A stretch of 64,000 bases of DNA from an uncultured Nitrospiraceae bacterium. Lineage in GTDB: Bacteria; Nitrospirota; Nitrospiria; Nitrospirales; Nitrospiraceae. Numbering within the stretch: position 1 is the first letter of the stretch; every line of letters starts with the position of its first letter. The notes under the pieces were generated by a model. It ran no database searches, was not told the DNA's origin, and saw only the letters and a program-made list of their open reading frames with translations. Both the position numbers and the translations under genes were made by a program. Below, piece by piece: positions 26,641 through 36,157 of this stretch. The stretch spans positions 2,240,001 to 2,304,000 of the forward strand of contig CAWJWJ010000002.1 in NCBI GenBank assembly GCA_963846575.1, read 5' to 3'.

Positions 26641-26688
26641 ACTGTTTCCCTCCTCTCTGTGAGCACCCCGAACCGATGGTCGAAGTGA

Positions 26689-28239
26689 TCACGGCCTCAG
26701 CGTCAGATAAATGGCCCGCCCCTGTCGCCGCAACAGAAGCAAGACCCCTTGGTCCTTCGGTAAGCTTGCGGCGACACGTTCGTAGGCCTTCAACGTGTTC
26801 ACCGATTTGCGGTTCACCTCCAACACGAGATCGCCTTCGCGGACGCCGGCCTCTTCTGCGGGACTGCCCTGTTTGACCCGGACCACCACCACACCATGGT
26901 CGCTGGATTTCAGCCCATATCGGCCTGCGAGTTCGTTGTTCAGCTCCTTGACCTCGATATCGGCGAGCAAGCCGGCGGGGGCCACGGATTCACCGCTTTC
27001 CTCCGCACCGGCTTGCGCCACATTCTTTGGCTGCTCGGCAATAGCCAGATCGATGGACTTTGCTTTCTTTTCACGGATGATTTTGACGGTGACCTTCTTC
27101 CCCACCGGAGTCTGCGCGACGGCATTGCGCAGGTGAGCGGGAGAGTCCATCGGTTTTCCGTCATATTCAACAATGACGTCGCCGCGCTCGAAGCCGGCCT
27201 TCTTGGCCGGACTGTCGTCCATCACATCGCTGACCAGCACACCCTTGGTGTCCTTCGGCACGCCGAACTGAGAAGACAATTCCACGGTCAGTTCCTGAAT
27301 CGAGACGCCCAACCACCCGCGGACAACTTTCCCATGCTGAGCCAGCTGCTCCATAATGGAGTGGGCCATATTGCTGGGAACCGCAAACCCGATCCCCATA
27401 TTCCCGCCGCTTTGGCTATAGATTGCGGTATTGATGCCCACCAATTCACCGCGGACATTGACCAGGGCTCCACCTGAATTGCCGGGATTGATCGCGGCAT
27501 CGGTTTGGATGAAGTCCTCGTATTCGGCGATGCCGGCCGACCGGCCCAGGGCGCTGACGATCCCGAGGGTCACCGTCTGGGTGAGACCGAATGGATTGCC
27601 AACCGCCAGCACAAATTCCCCGACCTCCAACTTGTCGGAATCCGCCCAGCTCACGGTGGGCAGACCGCTGGCTTCGATTTTCAGAACAGCCACGTCGGTC
27701 TTGGCATCCGTCCCGACCAGCTTCGCCTTGAATTCCCGCTTGTCGGACAGGAACACCTTAATTTCATCAGCCTTACTGACCACATGGTTGTTGGTGATGA
27801 TGAGGCCGTTGGGATCGACGATCACGCCAGACCCCATTCCCCGCTCCTTCCGTTCTTTCGGCGCCTCGAACCGCTTCATCCACTCCTCGCCGAAGAAGCG
27901 TCGGAAGAAGGGATCGTCGAACGGTGTGCCCTGAGTCCCTTCGCTGTTCCCGTTCCGGGTCGCGAAAATATTGACGACCGCGGGTTTGACGGTCTTGGCC
28001 ACGTCGACAAAACTTTGTCCGCCCGCACCAGGCAACGAGGGCTGAACCGCCGTGGCGACCGGTGTGGCGATAGGCGGAGGGCTGGGAGCCACTTCCGGGA
28101 CTGCATGGCCCGTGGGCAACCAGCCAAGATTCGAGCTGACCATGACGCCGATGACCACTCCCGTGATCAAGAGCACCAGCGGCACCATCCAGGAACGACG
28201 CGGCCCCTGCTCTCCGGTTGAAATGCGAAAATCATCCAT
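26689..28239 (-). CDS. HtrA/DegP-family periplasmic serine protease with two PDZ domains
   Basis: GSGVI, TNNHVV, TDVAV, IQTDAAINPGNSGG, two PDZ repeats. Confidence 0.95.
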   Translation of the reverse strand: MDDFRISTGEQGPRRSWMVPLVLLITGVVIGVMVSSNLGWLPTGHAVPEVAPSPPPIATPVATAVQPSLPGAGGQSFVDVAKTVKPAVVNIFATRNGNSEGTQGTPFDDPFFRRFFGEEWMKRFEAPKERKERGMGSGVIVDPNGLIITNNHVVSKADEIKVFLSDKREFKAKLVGTDAKTDVAVLKIEASGLPTVSWADSDKLEVGEFVLAVGNPFGLTQTVTLGIVSALGRSAGIAEYEDFIQTDAAINPGNSGGALVNVRGELVGINTAIYSQSGGNMGIGFAVPSNMAHSIMEQLAQHGKVVRGWLGVSIQELTVELSSQFGVPKDTKGVLVSDVMDDSPAKKAGFERGDVIVEYDGKPMDSPAHLRNAVAQTPVGKKVTVKIIREKKAKSIDLAIAEQPKNVAQAGAEESGESVAPAGLLADIEVKELNNELAGRYGLKSSDHGVVVVRVKQGSPAEEAGVREGDLVLEVNRKSVNTLKAYERVAASLPKDQGVLLLLRRQGRAIYLTLRP

Positions 28240-28266
28240 AGTGATTCGTATCGGAAGCCGGGCCGG

Positions 28267-29190
28267 TTAAGCCTGCTCACCCGCGTACAGTCCCATAACG
28301 GCGTGGAGAAATTTGATGGCCTCAGCTTTCGGGCGTTGAAATGAATTGCGGCCGATGATCGAGCCGAATCCACCGCCGTCTCGAATGGCGCGCACTTCCT
28401 CAAACATCGTCTTGTCCTCGCTTTTCGCGCCGCCGGAGAAGATGACAATCCTGCGCCCGTCGAAAGAACTTTGCACGACATGTTTCACGCGTTCCGCCAA
28501 GGTCTTGATCGGGACCTGCTCGGCTTCGTACACCTTCTTCGCGGCCGCGAGCTCCAGATGCACCGTAGGCAATTTGACCTTGATAATGTGAGCCCCTAAC
28601 TGCGCCGCGATCTGGGCCGCATAGGCCACGACATCCATGGCCGTCTCGCCCTCCTTGCTGAGCGCGGATCCGCGCGGATAGGACCAGACGACGACGGCCA
28701 GACCACAGCTCTTCGCCTCTTCGGCGATGGCCCGCAGCTGCTCATACATCGGAGTGCAATGGGACGATCCCGGATAGATGGTGTATCCCACCGCCGAACA
28801 GCCCAGTCGTAACGCCTCCCGCACGCTGCCCGTCACAGAGGGCATGGGATCCTTCTCGTCGTGCAGCACATCATGATTGTTCAGTTTGAGGATCAGCGGA
28901 ATTCTTCCGGCGAAGTGACTCGCTCCCGCCTCGAGAAAGCCCAGCGGAGCGGCATAGGCGTTGCAGCCGGCGTCGATCGCCAGTTGAAAATGGTAGTGTG
29001 GATTGTATCCGGCCGAATTGGCTGCAAAACTCCTCGCCGGACCATGCTCGAAACCCTGATCCACCGGCAAAATGACCAACTTGCCCGTCCCCGCCAGTTT
29101 TCCAGAGTTCAGCAGGCGGGCAATGTTCGTTTTCGTTCCCGCATTATCACTTTCATACCAACTTAATATTTCCTGGACTCGATTGCTCAT
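28267..29190 (-). CDS. fbaB: Fructose-bisphosphate aldolase class I (DhnA/FbaB type)
   Basis: LPVDQGFEHGP, WSYPRG, IIKVK, FSGG, GSIIGRNSFQR. Confidence 0.92.
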   Translation of the reverse strand: MSNRVQEILSWYESDNAGTKTNIARLLNSGKLAGTGKLVILPVDQGFEHGPARSFAANSAGYNPHYHFQLAIDAGCNAYAAPLGFLEAGASHFAGRIPLILKLNNHDVLHDEKDPMPSVTGSVREALRLGCSAVGYTIYPGSSHCTPMYEQLRAIAEEAKSCGLAVVVWSYPRGSALSKEGETAMDVVAYAAQIAAQLGAHIIKVKLPTVHLELAAAKKVYEAEQVPIKTLAERVKHVVQSSFDGRRIVIFSGGAKSEDKTMFEEVRAIRDGGGFGSIIGRNSFQRPKAEAIKFLHAVMGLYAGEQA

Positions 29191-29226
29191 GATGAACCTC
29201 CCAACCAACCTCGGTCACATTAGTCG

Positions 29227-30231
29227 TTACACACGTCCTTGCATGCAGGCTTCCGCCATGCTGACATCCTCAACACTTCCGATGAGCAAAGGAACTCTCT
29301 GGTGAAGAGCCGTCGGCTCCACCTCTAGAATCCTGGCAGTTCCCGTGCTGGCCAAACCTCCGGCCTGTTCCACCACCATGGCGAGCGGGTTGCCTTCATA
29401 CAATAACCGCAACTTTCCCTCCGGCTTTTTCGTTTCACCGGGATACAGATAGATCCCTCCACCGAGCAGAATCCGATGCACATCGGCCACCAGACATCCG
29501 GAATAGCGGCCGCTGTAGGGCCGGCCCGTGGCGGCGTCCTGCACTTTGATATGGTCGACATACTGTTGCATGCCGGCCGGCCAACGGTGGTAGTTCCCTT
29601 CATTCGCCGCATACACCTTGCCCTTCTTGGGCATACGGATATCGTGATGCGACAACACATATTCTCCAATTGCAGGATCCAGTGTGAATCCATGCACGCC
29701 CTGGCCCAGGGTGAAGACCAGCATGGTGCTCGAGCCGAAGAGGAGATACCCCGCCGCCACCTGTTCCATGCCCTTCCGCAATAACTGAGGTTCAGCGGGA
29801 GGATGGGCACGGTCCTCGCACTTGTGAATGGAAAATATCGACCCGAGCGGCATGTTCACATCGGTGTTCGAAGAGCCGTCCAACGGGTCGAACAACAGCA
29901 TGTATTTCCCTTGCGGCCAATGCTGCGGAAGCGGAAATGCGTGCTCCATCTCCTCCGAAGCCAACAGGGATACCAGTTTGCACCGTTCGAACACCCGAAG
30001 AAAGGTGTCGTTCGCGAGCTCATCTAATTTCTTGACCACCTCGCCCTGGACGTTCGTCTCGCCCGTGGCCCCAAGGATATTGATGAGCCCGGCTCGCCGC
30101 AGGTCGTGCGCAAGGAGTTTTCCCACCAGCCCGATGTGGGTCAGCAACGAAATCCGGTCGCTGGTCTGTTCAGGCTGTCCAGTATGTTGTTCGGCAATGA
30201 ATCGGCTGAGAGTCGACGGAGCATTCCGCAT
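29227..30231 (-). CDS. fbp: Fructose-1,6-bisphosphatase class 1
   Basis: NVQGE..KKLD, SEE, FDPLDGSSN, RYSG.LVADVHR, GKLRLLYE.NP. Confidence 0.96.
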   Translation of the reverse strand: MRNAPSTLSRFIAEQHTGQPEQTSDRISLLTHIGLVGKLLAHDLRRAGLINILGATGETNVQGEVVKKLDELANDTFLRVFERCKLVSLLASEEMEHAFPLPQHWPQGKYMLLFDPLDGSSNTDVNMPLGSIFSIHKCEDRAHPPAEPQLLRKGMEQVAAGYLLFGSSTMLVFTLGQGVHGFTLDPAIGEYVLSHHDIRMPKKGKVYAANEGNYHRWPAGMQQYVDHIKVQDAATGRPYSGRYSGCLVADVHRILLGGGIYLYPGETKKPEGKLRLLYEGNPLAMVVEQAGGLASTGTARILEVEPTALHQRVPLLIGSVEDVSMAEACMQGRV

Positions 30232-30319
30232 TGAGCTGTATCCTTTGCAGTGACACCACGCAGAGCCTGACACACGACTGCCCGATGAAGGGATCGGGCA
30301 GAGTCAGAAACTTGGCGCA

Positions 30320-30348
30320 AGTATAACGGTTTCTCTCAGTACGAGCAA
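30320..30348 (-). promoter_or_regulatory. Candidate sigma70 promoter upstream of fbp
   Basis: TTGCTC-17 bp-TATACT. Confidence 0.5.
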
Positions 30349-30368
30349 ACCAAAGCACGGGCAGAAAT

Positions 30369-31229
30369 CTACTGTCGTCCTCCGGAACCATAGCCCTGGT
30401 TCAGTTCCGCGACAATCGATCCCACAATGACCTTGGCCTTCATTTTGACCGGTATCCGGCGGTCGTCGGTCGTAAACCAGACACGAATATTACCTTCATT
30501 AAGGAAGATCCCCTGGAACGGCATCACCACCAGCACGCGCGCGGTCTCCCGCTTTCCCCAGGATCCTTTCAGTGTTTCAAACCCCTCGACCCGTACCGCC
30601 AACTTATAGTTCTTATTGTCGTGATGCACCGTCATCTCGAGCGACGCCCCCTGCACCAGCGGCAACACTTTGCGCACATAATACAGGCAGGAAATGGCGT
30701 CCTGCGTATCGGCAGGGATAGCCAACTCAGCCAGCTTTCCATCCTTCACCGCCGTCACGAGGCCCTCGCTGTGCCGGAACGTATAGTCAAAATCGTTGGA
30801 CCGTTTACCCTCCCTGCGGGCAAAGGTCATGTGCGTGGGGAGAAAGGGTTCGACATCGACCGTGGAGGTGACCCGGTTTTCAACCGGATAGATTTTGGTG
30901 ACGACGGGGCTCGATCGGGCGACGAGATTGAGCACGACTTGCGCCCGGCCATCGGGGGCCTGCTTCTCCTGGACCGACATGGTGGCGACCCCCGCGCGCA
31001 TGGCCAGCCACGTCAGATCGTAGGAAAGCTGCTCACCGCCGGCGAACGGGATCGGAGGGGGGACCTGCTCTCCCGGCGCTGTATCGGAACGCGACATCGA
31101 CGCGGAGAACAGATCAAGCAGGCAGATGGCCGCAACGAGGACGATGGCACGGATTGGGGCGTGAAGGACCGGCCCTTTAGGTGGACAGGACACGCCGGGC
31201 CTGCGCAAGTTCCGTTTCGATGGCGGCAC
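30369..31229 (-). CDS. DUF3108-family exported protein (true start probably downstream of 31229)
   Basis: GEQLSY.L.W...AG.A, D.IS.LY..R, VWFTTD..RIPVKM pattern; hydrophobic N-terminal segment. Confidence 0.75.
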   Translation of the reverse strand: MPPSKRNLRRPGVSCPPKGPVLHAPIRAIVLVAAICLLDLFSASMSRSDTAPGEQVPPPIPFAGGEQLSYDLTWLAMRAGVATMSVQEKQAPDGRAQVVLNLVARSSPVVTKIYPVENRVTSTVDVEPFLPTHMTFARREGKRSNDFDYTFRHSEGLVTAVKDGKLAELAIPADTQDAISCLYYVRKVLPLVQGASLEMTVHHDNKNYKLAVRVEGFETLKGSWGKRETARVLVVMPFQGIFLNEGNIRVWFTTDDRRIPVKMKAKVIVGSIVAELNQGYGSGGRQ

Positions 31230-32577
31230 GAATCACATCTAGACGGGCCGGCGAAGGGGCCTCAAAACGCAGGACCAGCGCGGGCTGGGTGTTGGACGCT
31301 CGAATGAGACCCCATCCGTCGTCGAAAATCGCCCGCACTCCATCGATCGTCACCAGTTCCCGCAATAGGAGGGTCGAGGCACCCACGGGCTGGCGGGCCT
31401 CCCGATAGGCAGTGAGTTGCGCTTTGACCTGCTCGACCAGTTGAAACTTCAGGGCGTCAGGGCAGTCAACACGAATCTCCGGGGTCACCGTCGTCTGAGG
31501 AAGGTCCGCGACCAGGCTGGATAACGACTGTTTCGTCTTCGCAAGGATTTCCACCAGGCGGCAGGAGGCATAGATGGCATCGTCAAAACCGAAATACCGA
31601 TCGGCAAAAAACATATGGCCGGACATTTCTCCCGCCAGCACCGCCGATTCCGCCTTCAGCTTGGATTTCATGAGTGAATGGCCGGTCTTCCACATGATGG
31701 GACGACCACCGCGCGCGGCAATGTCGTCGTAGAGACATTGCGAGGCCTTCACCTCTGAAATAAAGGTCGTCCCTGGCCGCTGCGCGAGAATATCCCGGGC
31801 GTAGACGATCATGAGGCGATCGCCCCACAGAATCTGCCCGCGCTCGTCGACCGCGCCGATGCGGTCGGCGTCTCCGTCGTAGCCGATCCCGACATCCGCC
31901 TTTTGGTCCTGAACGGTCGCAATCAAATCCTGCAGGTTTTCCACGACGGTGGGATCGGGATGATGGTTGGGGAATCGTCCATCCAGTTCGTCATAGAGGC
32001 CGGTGACGCGGCAACCCAACTGTTCCAGGGCCTGCTTGGCTACCAGGGAGGCTGCTCCGTTACCGCAATCGATCACCACATGGAGATGATCCGCCCGAAC
32101 GCCGGCAAAATCCGCCTTGAGGTGCTGCAAATAATCCGGAATGATCGCGTGAGCGGACAGCTTCCCGGAACCGGAGGCGAATCGACCGGTTTCCATCACC
32201 CGCCGCAGGTGTTGGATGTCTTCGCCGTGAATGGCTTCTTTCTGAATGCAGATTTTAAACCCGTTGTATTCGGCGGCATTGTGGCTGCCCGTGATCATAA
32301 TCCCGCCCTGCACCGGCAAGGTGAATAAGGAAAAATACAACAGCGGAGAGGCACAGAGTCCCAAGTCGACCACGTCCAACCCGCCGCCCAGCAATCCGCG
32401 AAGCAATGCCTGTTGCAAACCCGGCGAACTCAGCCGCCCGTCTCGTCCGACGCTGATTCGCGCAATCCCCTGCTCCCGGGCTATGGTGGCGTAGGCACGA
32501 CCGACCTGCTCGGCGATCTCCTCCGTGAGCTCTTCTCCGACGATGCCCCTCAGATCATACTCGCGAAACAATGCCAT
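31177..32577 (-). CDS. Phosphomannomutase/phosphoglucomutase (AlgC-like)
   Basis: FREYDLRG, ITGSHN, DGDADR, GEMSGH, RASNTQP. Confidence 0.96.
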   Translation of the reverse strand: MALFREYDLRGIVGEELTEEIAEQVGRAYATIAREQGIARISVGRDGRLSSPGLQQALLRGLLGGGLDVVDLGLCASPLLYFSLFTLPVQGGIMITGSHNAAEYNGFKICIQKEAIHGEDIQHLRRVMETGRFASGSGKLSAHAIIPDYLQHLKADFAGVRADHLHVVIDCGNGAASLVAKQALEQLGCRVTGLYDELDGRFPNHHPDPTVVENLQDLIATVQDQKADVGIGYDGDADRIGAVDERGQILWGDRLMIVYARDILAQRPGTTFISEVKASQCLYDDIAARGGRPIMWKTGHSLMKSKLKAESAVLAGEMSGHMFFADRYFGFDDAIYASCRLVEILAKTKQSLSSLVADLPQTTVTPEIRVDCPDALKFQLVEQVKAQLTAYREARQPVGASTLLLRELVTIDGVRAIFDDGWGLIRASNTQPALVLRFEAPSPARLDVIRAAIETELAQARRVLST

Positions 32578-32586
32578 CTGACTCTC

Positions 32587-34041
32587 CTACTGGCCTCTGC
32601 TCAAACGGCCGTAATCATCCTGGAAGCGCACAATATCGTCCTCGCCCAGATACGGACCGTTCTGCACTTCAATAATGTGCAGGACCTCCGTGCCGAGATT
32701 CTCGAGTCGATGCGGCGTTTCAATGGGGATGGCGGTGCTTTCCCCCACTCGCAGATCGAGCCGCTCATCTCCCCTCGTCACCCGCGCGGACCCTGCAATG
32801 ACGACCCAATGTTCGCTTCGTTTGTGATGGAGTTGTAGCGACAGGCGCCCTCCGGGGTGTACGGTGACACGCTTCACTTTGTACCCCGGCCCTTCCTCGA
32901 GCACGGTATATGAGCCCCAGGGCCGGAAGACCGTCACGTGTTCCAAATGTTCCGGCGCGCCCTGTTGCTTCAGAATTTCGACCATCTTTTTGACGTCTTG
33001 TGATCGGGATTTCGGACACACCAGGGTCGCGTCCGGCGTATCCACGACCACCATGTCCGTGAGGCCGATCGTCGCCACCACCCTTCGATCGGCATACAGC
33101 ACGGAGTTGCTGCTGTCCAGATCGATGACGCGGCCGCTGACCACGTTGCCGGCCTTATCCCGTGGAGCCACTTCTTCCAGGCTGCTCCAGTTGCCGACGT
33201 CCGACCACCCGAACGACACGGGAATCATTGCCGCATGAGCCGACTGTTCCATCACCCCGTTGTCGATCGAGACGGAGGGGACCTTCTTGTAGGCGCTCTC
33301 GATGAGATGCGGCTCAGCCCCGGCCGCGATCAGGGCATCGACCTTTTGCATGGCCTTGGCCAATAGGGGCTGGTGCCGATGTATTTCGTCAAGAATGGCC
33401 GCCGCCGTCCACAAAAACATGCCGCTGTTCCAGAAATAGTTTCCGTTTCTGAGGTACTTCGCCGCGGTCGTCCGATCAGGCTTCTCGACAAATCGCGAAA
33501 CGGCGTGGCCGGTCAGACGCCCCTTTTTAGCCAGGGCCGTCCGTCGATTCGGGTGAATGTACCCATACCCTGTTTCCGGCCTGGTCGGCTTGATTCCGAA
33601 GGTCACGAGATGGCCGCCCTGAGCCAACTGGCACCCCAAGTCCACGGCGGCCTGGAAGGCCTTCTCCCCCGTCACCACATGGTCCGCCGGCAACACCAGC
33701 ATGATCGCCTCCGGATCCCGTCGCACCAGTTCTCCTGCGACCAGCGCGATGGCCGGAGCAGTGTTGCGACCGACCGGTTCAACGACGTAATTGTCCTTGA
33801 GCGCCGCCTTCCACTCGGACAACTGTACCCGAATGGAATCCGCCTGCCCGGGATTCGTGGAGATCATAACCTGTTCAGGTCCGGCACAGGAGAGGACGCG
33901 GCGCATGGTCTGCTGAATGAGGGTCTCGTTGCCGATGATCCGCAGCAGTTGCTTGGGGTACAGATGCCGGCTCAACGGCCAGAACCGCGTGCCGCTGCCG
34001 CCTGCTAAGATTACCGGATAGAGATGGTCTTTCACATTCAT
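32587..34041 (-). CDS. manC: Mannose-1-phosphate guanylyltransferase / mannose-6-phosphate isomerase
   Basis: LAGGSGTRFWPLSR..PKQ, EP.GRNTAPA, FVEKP, WNSGMF, WSDVG.W, C-terminal cupin RPWG..H..RSEHW. Confidence 0.96.
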   Translation of the reverse strand: MNVKDHLYPVILAGGSGTRFWPLSRHLYPKQLLRIIGNETLIQQTMRRVLSCAGPEQVMISTNPGQADSIRVQLSEWKAALKDNYVVEPVGRNTAPAIALVAGELVRRDPEAIMLVLPADHVVTGEKAFQAAVDLGCQLAQGGHLVTFGIKPTRPETGYGYIHPNRRTALAKKGRLTGHAVSRFVEKPDRTTAAKYLRNGNYFWNSGMFLWTAAAILDEIHRHQPLLAKAMQKVDALIAAGAEPHLIESAYKKVPSVSIDNGVMEQSAHAAMIPVSFGWSDVGNWSSLEEVAPRDKAGNVVSGRVIDLDSSNSVLYADRRVVATIGLTDMVVVDTPDATLVCPKSRSQDVKKMVEILKQQGAPEHLEHVTVFRPWGSYTVLEEGPGYKVKRVTVHPGGRLSLQLHHKRSEHWVVIAGSARVTRGDERLDLRVGESTAIPIETPHRLENLGTEVLHIIEVQNGPYLGEDDIVRFQDDYGRLSRGQ

Positions 34042-34080
34042 GACGGACGCCCCACCTTCCCCATGCACCACAGTGTCGAA

Positions 34081-34620
34081 TTAGCGAGTCTGCTGCGCAG
34101 CCAGTATGAGATCGGCCAATTCCCGCACCGCACCCTCGCCGCCCTTCTGTTTACATACGTACCGGACCGTCTTCAAGACAACCGGCATGCCGTCTGCCGG
34201 AGAAGCTGAAAATCCGACCGCGCCCAGGGTCTGCAGATCGTTGATGTCGTCTCCGATATAAGCCACCTGCTCCATGGTGAGGTTGTGCCGCGCAATGAGA
34301 TCCTTCAACACCGCAAGTTTGTCGAAGGCGCCTTGATGGACCTCTGGAATCGTCAACTTCTGCGCACGGCGCATCACGATTTTGGTGGATTCTTGGGTAA
34401 TGATGGCGGTCAGAATACCCGCCCGTTGCAGCAACTTGATTCCCATGCCATCGCGTGTATTGAACTTTTTCAACTCGTCGCCGGACTCGGAGTAATACAT
34501 TCCGCCATCCGTCAAGACTCCATCCACATCGGTCGCAACCAGCCGGATGCGACGGAGAATCCGTTGCAAAGACAGACGAGGCGCGGGAGGATTTTTTTTG
34601 CGACGATTTGTACCGGGCAT
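34081..34620 (-). CDS. KdsC-family HAD phosphatase (possibly nonulosonate-9-phosphate phosphatase)
   Basis: DVDGVLTDG, KFNTRDGMG, YIGDDIND, GGEGAVRE. Confidence 0.9.
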   Translation of the reverse strand: MPGTNRRKKNPPAPRLSLQRILRRIRLVATDVDGVLTDGGMYYSESGDELKKFNTRDGMGIKLLQRAGILTAIITQESTKIVMRRAQKLTIPEVHQGAFDKLAVLKDLIARHNLTMEQVAYIGDDINDLQTLGAVGFSASPADGMPVVLKTVRYVCKQKGGEGAVRELADLILAAQQTR

Positions 34621-34643
34621 TCGGGGGCTTTCAGCTGAGGGCG

Positions 34644-34672
34644 ATGTTAACAAGGCACCGGATAAAACTCAA
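34644..34672 (-). promoter_or_regulatory. Candidate extended -10 sigma70 promoter for phosphatase-manC-PMM
   Basis: TTGAGT-17 bp-TAACAT preceded by TG. Confidence 0.45.
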
Positions 34673-34749
34673 CAAAACTCAGCCATGTAGGACCGTGCGC
34701 CAGCCAGGATGAGAGATGAATACCCCCGACCGATGCCTTGGTGGAAGGA

Positions 34750-36150
34750 TCAGTACGCATGACGGTGGATAAACCCTCTCCACAAGGTGAGCAGCATGAT
34801 TTTGACGTCGAACCAGATGGACCAATGCTCAATGTAGTAGAGGTCGTGCTCGATCCGCTTTTCCAGCGACGTATTCCCTCGCCAGCCGTTGATTTGCGCC
34901 CACCCGGTGATCCCGGCCTTCATTTTGTGTCGCAACATGTACTGCGGTAGAGTTTCGCGAAAACGCGCGATGAATTCCGGCCGTTCCGGCCTGGGCCCCA
35001 CAATGCTCATTTCTCCCCGCACGACATTCCAGAATTGCGGTAGTTCGTCCAGGCTGGTTCGGCGCAGGAAGGCTCCGATCGGTGTGCGGCGGTCATCGTT
35101 AGGCTGCGTCCAGACCGGACCGGTTTCGGACTCCGCGTTGACCTTCATCGACCGGAACTTCAACATTTCGAACGCTTGCCCGTCGAGTCCCATTCGAAGC
35201 TGACGGAAGAACACCGGACCGGGAGACGTCGCTTTGACCAACAGCGCCACGGCACACAACACCGGCGCGAACAGCACCAAAGCAGCAGCAGCTCCGACCA
35301 CATCCAGGATGCGTTTAATCACAAGGTTCCAGCCGTGTAAGGGCGACCCCTGGAGCGTGATGAGCGGAAGCCCCTCGAACATCTCGGCCTCTGCCCGGAG
35401 ACTCATGAACTCACACATGGCCGGCAAGGCCTTCACCTCCACCATGGTGTTGGACAAGATGCCAAACATCTTTTCCACCCACCGCTCATCTTCCGGAGGA
35501 AGACATACAAACACGATGTCGATACCCGACTGCACGAGTTCTTCCAGATCATCGTATCGTCCCAGGACCGGAACGTTCTGGATACGTTCGCCTACTTTTC
35601 CCGGATCCGCACTCAGAAACCCCTGCACATGGACGCCCAGTTCAGGATGTTCCGCCAGAGCGGTCACCACCCGGCGACCCAATCGACTGGCACCGATCAC
35701 CAGCGCATGGCGTTGGTTATATCCTTGCCGGCGAAGGAAGCGAAGGGCCTCCCTGAACAGCACGCGCGAAAATCCCAGTGTGACGAGATTCAACAGCCAG
35801 AAATACAACAGCACCAGCCGGGAATATTCGTGCTGCCGCAAAAAAAATGTCAGGGCGACCAGAATCAATACCGAGAGAGTATTAGCTTTGGCGACATCGA
35901 GAAATTCGCCAAGCCGCGTCCCCATCCGGCGAGGGCGGTAGAGGTCGAAGGCTTGAAACGACATGCCCCAGACGGCGATGATCGGCACGAGCAGCAGAAG
36001 GTATACATCCAAGGGGGGAATCCCCTTGGGCGCCGGTTCGATGATTTCCGAGAAACGAAGATAATAGGCGCCGATCCAACAAGCGCAAATCAGCCCGAGG
36101 TCGATGAAGAACAGGAGGCTCTTGAGAAATTGAGAGTGGCGTTTGAGCAT
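34750..36150 (-). CDS. wcaJ: Undecaprenyl-phosphate glucose phosphotransferase (WcaJ-type initiating PGT)
   Basis: N-terminal TMs, KR.LD, KFRSM, R.TSLDELPQ..NV..GEMS.VGPRPE, GITGWAQING. Confidence 0.92.
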   Translation of the reverse strand: MLKRHSQFLKSLLFFIDLGLICACWIGAYYLRFSEIIEPAPKGIPPLDVYLLLLVPIIAVWGMSFQAFDLYRPRRMGTRLGEFLDVAKANTLSVLILVALTFFLRQHEYSRLVLLYFWLLNLVTLGFSRVLFREALRFLRRQGYNQRHALVIGASRLGRRVVTALAEHPELGVHVQGFLSADPGKVGERIQNVPVLGRYDDLEELVQSGIDIVFVCLPPEDERWVEKMFGILSNTMVEVKALPAMCEFMSLRAEAEMFEGLPLITLQGSPLHGWNLVIKRILDVVGAAAALVLFAPVLCAVALLVKATSPGPVFFRQLRMGLDGQAFEMLKFRSMKVNAESETGPVWTQPNDDRRTPIGAFLRRTSLDELPQFWNVVRGEMSIVGPRPERPEFIARFRETLPQYMLRHKMKAGITGWAQINGWRGNTSLEKRIEHDLYYIEHWSIWFDVKIMLLTLWRGFIHRHAY

Positions 36151-36157
36151 ACCCGCT

